Positions 1-7,328 of a stretch of 64,000 bases of DNA are shown here, one piece after another (position 1 is the stretch's first letter; every line of letters begins with the position of its first letter). The notes below the pieces were generated by a model. The model did no database searches and was not told the DNA's origin. It saw nothing but the letters and a program-made list of their open reading frames with translations. The DNA is from an uncultured Clostridia bacterium. GTDB taxonomy: Bacteria > Bacillota > Clostridia > Oscillospirales > JAAYOS01. The DNA lies in the NCBI GenBank assembly GCA_947630675.1, contig CANRIN010000001.1, positions 69,361 to 133,360 on the forward strand. The letters are read 5' to 3'. Position numbers and translations under genes: made by a program.

Positions 1-2
1 AT

Positions 3-197
3 GCTTCGGGCATCCTTGCCAACTGCAACGGCATAGTCAACGAATGGGTCGCGGCTGTCGTCACCGGCAACCAGAGCATCGACACATGGGAAGACATGTG
101 CAACCAGCTCAAGGACAACAAGATCGATGAGGCCGTCAGCTACTATCAGGCAGCTCTCAGCCGCTACAACGAGCGTATCCAGTACATGGACGAGTGA
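3..197 (+). CDS. 3' end of a gene cut by the window edge. The tail resembles the C-terminal domain of large extracellular solute-binding lipoproteins of ABC transporters.
   Basis: Frame 3 is open from the window start to TGA at 195-197 (...NQSIDTWEDMCNQLKDNKIDEAVSYYQAALSRYNERIQYMDE*). A terminator hairpin follows. Confidence 0.4.
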   Translation, partial: ASGILANCNGIVNEWVAAVVTGNQSIDTWEDMCNQLKDNKIDEAVSYYQAALSRYNERIQYMDE

Positions 198-238
198 TCG
201 TCTCACGGTATAGCCGATACACTTTAACCGAACGATTC

Positions 239-269
239 GGAGCCCCGCCGAAAGGCGGGGCTCCGTTTT
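239..269 (+). terminator. Rho-independent terminator
   Basis: GGAGCCCCGCC-GAAA-GGCGGGGCTCC followed by GTTTT. Confidence 0.7.
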
Positions 270-470
270 CGCGGAAAATCGCGGGGGCAGGTCGTACAAT
301 GTCGGGACGTCGGCGCGAAGCGCCGAGGTCTGATGCGCCCAGTAGAAAGTTGCGGCTCGCAATAAGTCGAAGGGCGCATTCACGCCGCGGCAAAAAACGA
401 ATTTGAATTTTTTCACGCCTACGGCGCGAAACTCTGCGAGGCTATCGGCGCAAAGCGCCGTCCGCGCCGA
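266..470. repeat. Short copy of the dispersed hairpin-module repeat family (locus A)
   Basis: 266-290 is near-identical to 6282-6306. 392-443 is homologous to 6494-6546 (..GGCGCGAAACTCTGCGAGGCT). It contains the CGGCGCGAAGCGCCG and GGCGCAAAGCGCC hairpins. Confidence 0.75.
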
Positions 471-494
471 TTCGTCGTGACGAATAACTTCCTA

Positions 495-523
495 TTGAAA
501 AACCTGTTCGGGCGGTGTATAAT
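495..523 (+). promoter_or_regulatory. Sigma-A type promoter candidate
   Basis: TTGAAA, 17-bp spacer, TATAAT, about 40 bp upstream of the DUF1858 gene. Confidence 0.5.
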
Positions 524-564
524 ATATCTGCACGAAATTCTGCGCGAAAGGATGCGTACCCCAA

Positions 565-780
565 ATGGCAGTTATTACTAAAGACACCGTTATCGGCGAC
601 CTGCTGAAGATCGACATACAGCTCGCGAGGTTCCTCATGCAGATAGGCATGCACTGCATCGGCTGCCCGGCCTCCGCCGGAGAGACCGTCGAGGAAGCCT
701 GCCAGGTCCACGGCGTTGATGCCGATGAGCTCGTCGAGCAGATGAACAACTACCTCGAAGCCGCTCAGTACGAGGAGTAA
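565..780 (+). CDS. DUF1858 / hybrid-cluster-protein-associated redox disulfide domain protein
   Basis: 71 aa with the typical ...TVIGDLL..D...A..LM..GMHCIGCPAS..ETVEEAC.VHG.D...L pattern. Confidence 0.8.
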   Translation: MAVITKDTVIGDLLKIDIQLARFLMQIGMHCIGCPASAGETVEEACQVHGVDADELVEQMNNYLEAAQYEE

Positions 781-855
781 GCAGCAGAGGCAAAAAAAGC
801 GAACAGCCACGCCCTTATGAGCGCGGCTGTTTTTGTAGACAGGAGAGGTGAGAAA

Positions 856-1863
856 ATGCGGCTCTTCAGCCTTGACGCGCGGCTCTCCGCCGTCGCGGAG
901 AAGATACCGGAGGGGCTCCGCGTCTGGGACGTCGGGAGCGACCACGCGCGCCTCCCGGTGTGGCTCGTCGCGACCGGGAAGATACCCTCCGCCGTCGCGA
1001 GCGACATCGGCGAGCAGCCGCTCGCGAGCGCGCGGCGGACGGTCGAGCGCTTCGGCGTCGGCAACCGCGTATCGCTCCGCCTATGCGACGGCATCCCGCC
1101 GGACGCGCGCGGCGCGGCGGACGTGTTCGTCATAGCCGGGCTTGGCGGGAGCACCGTCGCGGATATACTTCTCGCCGCGCCGTGGACGCAGGAGCCCGGC
1201 GTCCGGCTCGTCCTTCAGCCGATGTCCTCGCCTGAGGACACACGGAAGGTACTGTACGAGGGACGCTGGCGCGTCACGGGCGAGACCTTCGTCCGTGACG
1301 GGCGGCGCCGCTATGTCGTCATAGAGGCGGAGGGCGGCGGCGAAAGGGAGAGCTTCGACCGCGCCGACCTCGCGGCGGGAAAGTACATCCGCGACCCGGA
1401 GCACATAGCCCGGGCGATAGAGCGCCTCACAAACGAGCTCGGCGGCGCGGACGAAGCCGCAAGGCGCGAGCTCACGGCGTCGATAGAAAAGCTCGAGGAT
1501 GTCCTGCGCGCCGAGGAACGAAAGAGTTCGCGCTTCTGGACGGCGCTCGACACGCTCGTCTCGGAGAGCGAGATAGTCATCGACCGCCCGAAGGGCAGCG
1601 CCCACCCGCGCTTCCCCGAAATGATCTACCCGCTCGACTACGGGTATCTGAAAGGTACGACCTCCATGGACGGTGGCGGGATAGATGTATTCGTGGGGTC
1701 GGCGGGCGGCCGCAGGCCGGACGCCGCAGCCGTCATCCTCGACATGCTGAAGCGCGACAGTGAGATAAAGCTTCTCCTCGGCTGCACGGCGGAGGAGAAG
1801 GAGACCGTCCTGCGCTTCCTTAACGACAAAATGATGAGCGCAGTCCTGATAGAAAGAGACTGA
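856..1863 (+). CDS. trmK: tRNA (adenine22-N1)-methyltransferase TrmK fused to a C-terminal inorganic-pyrophosphatase-like domain
   Basis: The N-terminal part (MRLFSLDARLSAVAEKIP..VWDVGSDHARLPVWLV...IAGLGG) is TrmK-like. The last ~105 aa (IVIDRPKGSAHPRFPEMIYPLDYGYLKGTTSMDGGGIDVFVG) match the short clostridial PPase-like family. The start was chosen at the ATG preceded by AGGAGAGGTG. Confidence 0.8.
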   Translation: MRLFSLDARLSAVAEKIPEGLRVWDVGSDHARLPVWLVATGKIPSAVASDIGEQPLASARRTVERFGVGNRVSLRLCDGIPPDARGAADVFVIAGLGGSTVADILLAAPWTQEPGVRLVLQPMSSPEDTRKVLYEGRWRVTGETFVRDGRRRYVVIEAEGGGERESFDRADLAAGKYIRDPEHIARAIERLTNELGGADEAARRELTASIEKLEDVLRAEERKSSRFWTALDTLVSESEIVIDRPKGSAHPRFPEMIYPLDYGYLKGTTSMDGGGIDVFVGSAGGRRPDAAAVILDMLKRDSEIKLLLGCTAEEKETVLRFLNDKMMSAVLIERD

Positions 1864-1877
1864 TCCAGAGGTAAATT

Positions 1878-3638
1878 ATGCCGATAGACGCAATATTTCT
1901 CACAGCCCTCACCCGCGAAGTCGCGGGGCGGGTCGTGGGTCAGAAGATAGACAAGATATTTCAGCCGGAGCACGACGAAATAGTCCTCGCGACGCGCGGC
2001 GCGGCGGGGTCGAGCCGTTTGCTCCTCTCCGCAGTGCCCGGCTCCGCGCGGATGGAGCTGCTTGCGGAGAACCGCGAGAACCCCGCAGTTCCGCCGATGT
2101 TCTGTATGCTGCTGCGGAAGATACTCGGAAGCGGCGTTATCCGCGAGGTGCGTCAGTACCCCGGCGAGCGGATAGTCGAGATAGGCGTGGATTCCATAGA
2201 CGAGTTCGGCGAGCCGAGGCGGAGACGCGTCCTGCTGGAGCTCGTCGGGCGTCAGCCAAACCTCGTCCTGCTCGACGAGGAGAGCCGCATAATCGACTGC
2301 ATCCGCCGCGTCGAGGGCGACATAGCCGCGGGAAAGCGGCAGATACTTCCGGGACTGTTCTACCGCCCGCCCGAGCCGCAGAAGAAGCGCGACCCGCTCG
2401 CGCTCGCGCCGGAGGAGACGGCGGAGATACTTGCCGGGTTTGACGACGGCGTGACGATAGAGCGCGCGCTGATGGCTTCGTTTGCCGGCGTGTCGCCGCT
2501 CGTCGCGCGGGAGGTAGCCGCGCGCTCCTCCGGGGACGTCGATGGACGCCTCGACAGCGTGACGCGCCTCCGCACGGAGGAGACGCTTTGCGACATAGCG
2601 GCGCGCGCAAACGACGGAGCGCTCGAGCCGTGGATACTCACGAAGAACGGCGAGCCGTGCGACTTCAGCTACCTCGAGCTCACGCAGTACGCCGGCGGCG
2701 GATACGAGTGCGAGAAGTGCGCGGGCTTTTCCGCGCTGCTCGAGCAGTTCTACGCGAAGCGGGAGCACTCCGAGCGTATGCGTCTCCGCGCGCGGGAGAT
2801 GACCAAGACCGTCTCGACCGCCCTGGAGCGCGCGACGCGCAAGCTCGAGACACGCCGCGCGGAGATGGCGGAGGCAAAGGAGCGCGAACGCCTCCGCGAG
2901 ATCGGTGACCTGCTGATGGCAAACCTCCATCTGATAGGGCGCGGCGCGAAGAGCGTCACCGTCGAGGACTTCTACGACGAGTCGAACGCCCCGACCGAGA
3001 TAGCGCTCGACCCGCGCCTCACTCCGCAGCAGAACGCGGCAAAATACTATCGCGACTATGCGCGCCGCAAGAACGCGGAGAAGATGCTGAAGGGACTCAT
3101 CGAGGAGGGCGAGACCGAACAGACCTACCTCGGGAGCGTCCTCGGTGAGCTGAGGAACGCGGAGAGCGACCGCGAGCTCGCGGGGATACGGGAGGAGCTT
3201 GTCAGCACCGGCTACCTCCGTCCGCAGGGAGGACAGAAGCAGCGCAAGAGCGCGGCGCTCCCGCCGAGAGAGTTCGTGTCGAGCGGCGGGTTCCGCATTC
3301 AGGTGGGCAGAAACAACCTCCAGAACGACCACCTGACCCTCCGTGAGGCGCACAAGAACGACGTCTGGCTGCACGTCCGCGGAGCGCATGGGGCGCACGT
3401 CCTGATACGCTGCGACGGCGAGGAGCCGGACGACGCCACCTACACCGAGGCGGGCGAGATAGCCGCCTTTTACTCCGACTCGCGGGAGGGGACGAACGTC
3501 GCCGTCGACTACACCCGCGCGAGATTTGTGAAGAAACCGTCCGGGGCGAAGCCGGGCATGGTGGTGTACGACCCGTACTACACCATGTACGTCACGCCAG
3601 ACGAGAAAAAGGTACGGTCGCTGAGAGGAAAGGTGTGA
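1878..3638 (+). CDS. rqcH: Rqc2 homolog RqcH (NFACT family, fibronectin-binding protein A-like), ribosome-associated quality control
   Basis: 586 aa. N-terminal MPIDAIFLTAL..E....G.KIDKI.QPE.DE, a central coiled coil, and a C-terminal NFACT-R region (GF.I.VGRNN.QND.LT...A...D.WLH). Confidence 0.85.
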   Translation: MPIDAIFLTALTREVAGRVVGQKIDKIFQPEHDEIVLATRGAAGSSRLLLSAVPGSARMELLAENRENPAVPPMFCMLLRKILGSGVIREVRQYPGERIVEIGVDSIDEFGEPRRRRVLLELVGRQPNLVLLDEESRIIDCIRRVEGDIAAGKRQILPGLFYRPPEPQKKRDPLALAPEETAEILAGFDDGVTIERALMASFAGVSPLVAREVAARSSGDVDGRLDSVTRLRTEETLCDIAARANDGALEPWILTKNGEPCDFSYLELTQYAGGGYECEKCAGFSALLEQFYAKREHSERMRLRAREMTKTVSTALERATRKLETRRAEMAEAKERERLREIGDLLMANLHLIGRGAKSVTVEDFYDESNAPTEIALDPRLTPQQNAAKYYRDYARRKNAEKMLKGLIEEGETEQTYLGSVLGELRNAESDRELAGIREELVSTGYLRPQGGQKQRKSAALPPREFVSSGGFRIQVGRNNLQNDHLTLREAHKNDVWLHVRGAHGAHVLIRCDGEEPDDATYTEAGEIAAFYSDSREGTNVAVDYTRARFVKKPSGAKPGMVVYDPYYTMYVTPDEKKVRSLRGKV

Positions 3639-3642
3639 GCGT

Positions 3643-4641
3643 ATGGCAAAGACCGCCGGAACGAAGCTGAGAGTCCTGCTGGTGTATGAGATACTGAGGG
3701 AGAAGTCCTCCCCGGAGCATCCTCTCACCGTGCCGGAGATACAGGAGGAGCTTATGCGTCGCGGCGTCGAGTGCGAGAGAAAGAGCGTCTACTCGGACAT
3801 CGGCGCGCTCTGCGACTTCGGCTATGAGATAGAGCAGAAGCGCGGCCGCGACGGGGGATACTTCCTGCGCGGGCGGGACTTCGAGCTCGGCGAGCTGAAG
3901 CTGCTCGTGGACGCGGTGCAGTCCTCAAAGTTCATCACGCCGGAGCGGTCGCGGGAGCTCATATCGAAGCTCGTCGCTCTCGCGGGTGAGCGGGACGCGG
4001 GCAGCCTCTCACGGCAGGTGTTCATCACCAACCGCGTCAAGACCGCAAACGAGAGCGTGCTCCGGTCGGTGGACGCTATACACACCGCCATCGCCGAGAA
4101 CCGGCAGATAGAATTCGACTACACCGACTGGGATGTGAATTTCGGGCCGGGCGAGACCTTCGTACGCCGCAGGCGCGGCGAGCGGCGGAGGGTCAGCCCC
4201 ATCGCGCTCGCGTGGGACGACGAGAATTACTACCTCGTCTCCTTCGACTCTGTGCGCGGCGAGCGGCGCAACTTCCGCGTGGACAAGATGGAGGAGATTG
4301 TTATCTCGGGCGAACAGCGCGACCGCCGCTGGGACTACGGCACGTTCGACCCCGGCGCGTACTCGCGCGAGATGTTCGGGATGTTCCACGGCGACAGGAG
4401 ACAGGTGAAGATCCGCTTCGAGCGGCGCTTTGCCGGCGTCGCGGTGGACAGGCTCGGACGGGACGTGCACGTCTCGCCGGACGGGGAGGATCACTTCCTT
4501 CTCACCTGCGAGGTCGAGGTCAGCCCGCAGTTCTTCGCGTGGCTCATAGGTCTCGAGGGAGGGGCGGAGCTGCTCGAGCCGCAGGACGCGAGGGAAGCGC
4601 TGAAAAATCTCGTCGCGGCGGCATCGGAGCTGTACGGATAG
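3643..4641 (+). CDS. WYL-domain transcriptional regulator (wHTH-WYL-WCX architecture)
   Basis: 332 aa. N-terminal wHTH (LRVLLVYEILREKSSPEHPLTVPEI), then a WYL core (RRRVSPIALAWDDENYYLVSFDSVRGERRNFRVDKM). It starts 4 nt after the rqcH stop. Confidence 0.8.
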   Translation: MAKTAGTKLRVLLVYEILREKSSPEHPLTVPEIQEELMRRGVECERKSVYSDIGALCDFGYEIEQKRGRDGGYFLRGRDFELGELKLLVDAVQSSKFITPERSRELISKLVALAGERDAGSLSRQVFITNRVKTANESVLRSVDAIHTAIAENRQIEFDYTDWDVNFGPGETFVRRRRGERRRVSPIALAWDDENYYLVSFDSVRGERRNFRVDKMEEIVISGEQRDRRWDYGTFDPGAYSREMFGMFHGDRRQVKIRFERRFAGVAVDRLGRDVHVSPDGEDHFLLTCEVEVSPQFFAWLIGLEGGAELLEPQDAREALKNLVAAASELYG

Positions 4642-4692
4642 ACGGCGCGATTCGTCAAAGTGTCGAAATTTGAAGTGTTGTGAAAAAACATC

Positions 4693-4721
4693 TTGCAATC
4701 CGCCGCAAATCGTGGTAATAT
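4693..4721 (+). promoter_or_regulatory. Sigma-A type promoter candidate with an extended -10
   Basis: TTGCAA, 17 bp, (TGg)TAATAT. It leaves a ~190-nt leader before the permease gene. Confidence 0.45.
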
Positions 4722-4913
4722 AAGCAAAGATTTGAAGGGGGGAGAGCTATGCTGCTTCGACCGTGCTTATGGAAAGCGTTTGCGGCGGGTCTAAACGGAA
4801 TAGCTGTTTCTTCTTTCGGAAAGCATTTTTATTCTTGATTTTAAGGATAAAGGTGCTATTTTTTTGCGCCGCATCGGTCGGCGCAGCGAGAAACTTCAAG
4901 GGAGGAAAGGAAA

Positions 4914-6278
4914 ATGGCAAAATTCAAGATCCCGGAGGAGGGCCTTCGGGACGCGAGACAGCTCGGCATACCGCGTATGCTGATACTCGGCCTTCAGCAC
5001 ATGTTCGCAATGTTCGGCGCGACGATACTCGTTCCGATACTCGTGCAGGGCTACGGCCTGCCGATGAGCATTCAGGTCACGCTGTTCTTCGCGGGCATCG
5101 GAACGCTGCTCTTCCATGTACTTACTAAGCTGAAGGTCCCGGCGTTCCTCGGTTCGAGCTTCGCATTCCTCGGCGGCTTTGAGGCGGTCGCAAATCTCAA
5201 GGCGTATGCAAACTGCACGCCGGACGAGCGCCTCGCTTACGCGCTCGGCGGCGTCGTGATAGCGGGCGCGATATACGTTGTCGTCGCGCTCGTGATAAGG
5301 CTCGTCGGCGTCAAGCGCGTCATGCGCTTCCTGCCGCCGGTCGTCACCGGCCCGATAATCATTTCGATAGGCCTCATCCTTGCGTCTAGCGCGATAAACA
5401 ACGCTTCGAGCTGTTGGTGGCTCGCGGGTGTGTCGCTGCTCGTCATCATCGTCGCGAACATCTGGGGCCGCGGCATGATAAAGATAGTGCCGATACTTCT
5501 CGGCGTTGTCGTACCCTATGTCATAGCGCTTATACTTACGCTCACGAAAGTCGTCGGCCCCGGCAACGGAGCTTATATCGACTTCTCCGCCGTAAAGGAC
5601 GCAAACATCGTCGGATTCCAGCCGTTCAGCTTCCCGAAGTTTGACGTCTCGGCGATACTCGTCATGGCGCCGATAGCCATCGCCTCCATGATGGAGCACG
5701 TCGGCGACATCTCCGCGATATCCGCCACCGTCGGCGAGAACTTCATCGAGGACCCGGGCCTCTCGCGCACCCTCCTCGGAGACGGTCTTGCAACGAGCAT
5801 TGCCGCAGTCTTCGGCGGCCCGGCGAACACCACCTACGGCGAGAACACCGGCGTCCTCGCGCTCACCAAGGTCTACGACCCGTGGGTCATCCGCATCGCC
5901 GCCTGCTTTGCGATAGTGCTCTCGTTCAGCCCGCTCGTAGCAGACGTGATAGGCTCGATACCGTCCGCGATAATCGGCGGCGTCAGCTTCATCCTCTACG
6001 GCATGATTTCCGCCATCGGCGTCCGCAATGTCGTCGAGAACCGCGTCGACCTGTCGAAGAGCCGCAACGTCATCATCGCGGCGGTCATACTCGTGTCGGC
6101 GCTCGGCTTTAACTCGGTGGGCGGCCTCACCTTCAACATCGGCGGCACCGCCATCACCCTGACCGGCCTCGCGCTCGCGGCCATACTCGGCATACTGCTC
6201 AACGCAATACTCCCGGGCAAGGACTACGAGTTCAACGCCAACACCGGCGTAGGGTTCGAGGGCGGCCCGAAAAAATAA
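4914..6278 (+). CDS. uraA: NCS2-family uracil/xanthine permease
   Basis: 454 aa, multi-TM, with the LGLQHMFAMFGATILVPILV signature typical of uracil permeases. The SD GGGAGGAAAGG lies upstream. Confidence 0.85.
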   Translation: MAKFKIPEEGLRDARQLGIPRMLILGLQHMFAMFGATILVPILVQGYGLPMSIQVTLFFAGIGTLLFHVLTKLKVPAFLGSSFAFLGGFEAVANLKAYANCTPDERLAYALGGVVIAGAIYVVVALVIRLVGVKRVMRFLPPVVTGPIIISIGLILASSAINNASSCWWLAGVSLLVIIVANIWGRGMIKIVPILLGVVVPYVIALILTLTKVVGPGNGAYIDFSAVKDANIVGFQPFSFPKFDVSAILVMAPIAIASMMEHVGDISAISATVGENFIEDPGLSRTLLGDGLATSIAAVFGGPANTTYGENTGVLALTKVYDPWVIRIAACFAIVLSFSPLVADVIGSIPSAIIGGVSFILYGMISAIGVRNVVENRVDLSKSRNVIIAAVILVSALGFNSVGGLTFNIGGTAITLTGLALAAILGILLNAILPGKDYEFNANTGVGFEGGPKK

Positions 6279-6281
6279 ACT

Positions 6282-6953
6282 TTTTCGCGGGAAATCGCGG
6301 GGGCAGACTTTGTCTGCCCCCTTACCAATTTCCCGCGAGAAGTTCACTTGAAATTGCGCCTGCGCAATTTCAAGTGAAGCTGTCGGATAGGGCAAAGCCC
6401 TACCGACAGCAAGCGCTCCGCTCTGCTCCTCGCGCCTGCGGCGCTTCGAAGCGCGCTACGCGAGAGGAGTTTTTCCGACGTACACGCCGTCGGAAAAAAC
6501 GGATTTGACTCTATTTCGCGCCGGAGGCGCGAAACTCTGCGAGGCTTGGTTGCGCCGCTCCGCCCTACAATGAGCTCAAGGTCGGGCAATATTCGCGAAG
6601 CGAATATTGCGGGCGAAAGCAGTAGAGTGCCGGATGCAGAACAGGTTTGCGCTTTCGCTGTTCGCAGCGGTTAAAGTTGCTTGCCATAGGCAAGCAACTT
6701 TGCGGAGCAAAATCACATTCAAGGTTTGGCTTTGCCCGCGAAGCGGGTAAAGCTCACGAGGGCTGATATGTTACGATGAGTAATATGTCGGCGCCCTCGT
6801 GTTTCCGAGCGAGCATTTCAATTAAATAAAAGGGTTCCCACGCGGTCGCCGACCGCGTGGGAATTGCGAAAGGGTGCGCAGGGCAATTCATTGCCCGAGC
6901 ACATTTCGCGCCGAAACTATAGCAAAAGGGAGGCCGTCGGCCTCCCTTTTGCT
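6282..6953. repeat. Mosaic of stacked hairpin modules (locus B), the most complete copy of the dispersed intergenic repeat family
   Basis: About 12 consecutive hairpins are present. Examples are CACTTGAAATTGCGC/GCGCAATTTCAAGTG, CAATATTCGCGAAGCGAATATTG, GTTGCTTGCCATAGGCAAGCAAC, GGCTTTGCCCGCGAAGCGGGTAAAGC, CACGAGGGC..GCCCTCGTG and CCCACGCGGTCGCCGACCGCGTGGG. The ~270-bp core at 6565-6830 recurs at 42825-43095 and 50640-51010. Confidence 0.85.
6299..6321 (+). terminator. Terminator-like hairpin after the permease gene
   Basis: GGGGGCAGA-CTTTG-TCTGCCCCC. There is no strong T-run. Confidence 0.45.
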
Positions 6954-7051
6954 ATTCGTTCGGTTTGTCTATTTTGAATATCTTCCTGAGTATCGCTCCG
7001 AAGAACTTCGGCGAACGCCAGACTACCACTTTCATATTTCAGCCCGCCTCT

Positions 7052-7195
7052 CTAAAATTTTTTGCACCCGCACAGCCCCAGAAGCAGCAGTATGCAGCCG
7101 AGGACCGCGATTATCGCCCACGAGGGCAGTATAAGCGAAATGAGCACGCCCGCGCCCAGCGCCGCCAGGAGGAGGAACATCATCTTCGACCGCAT
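7052..7195 (-). CDS. Possible 47-aa hydrophobic small protein. It is below the cutoff of the ORF track.
   Basis: The reverse strand reads GAAGGAG-N3-ATG, then MRSKMMFLLLAALGAGVLISLILPSWAIIAVLGCILLLLGLCGCKKF*. There are two predicted TM stretches, and the hairpin at 6921-6953 lies downstream. Confidence 0.35.
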   Translation of the reverse strand: MRSKMMFLLLAALGAGVLISLILPSWAIIAVLGCILLLLGLCGCKKF

Positions 7196-7328
7196 ACTCC
7201 TTCGCCTCCTCTCCGGGTCATTATATGCGGCTCGAAGCGAATTGTTCTAATGTTTGCCGCAGGGCGCATATACATTCCTTGAAAAACCGCGCCGGTCAAA
7301 AGGCGGGCGGTAAAAAGGAGTGTGACCG

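Noticed and set aside
1638-3728. Very long ORFs antisense to, or out of frame with, clearly homologous genes. Examples: 1638-3728(-), 4896-6395(-), 9146-10597(-), 24708-26051(+), 37304-38413(-), 39395-40498(-), 47881-49722(-), 57068-58780(-).
   Set aside because: High GC suppresses stop codons in non-coding frames. Their translations are Arg/Ala/Pro/His-rich low-complexity strings, and each overlaps a gene with strong family motifs on the other strand or frame.
4722-4913. Riboswitch or PyrR-binding attenuator in the ~190-nt leader of the uracil permease gene.
   Set aside because: I could not find the PyrR loop motif (..CCAGAGAGG..), purine-riboswitch conserved junctions, or a convincing terminator/antiterminator pair. 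A covariance-model scan would be needed.
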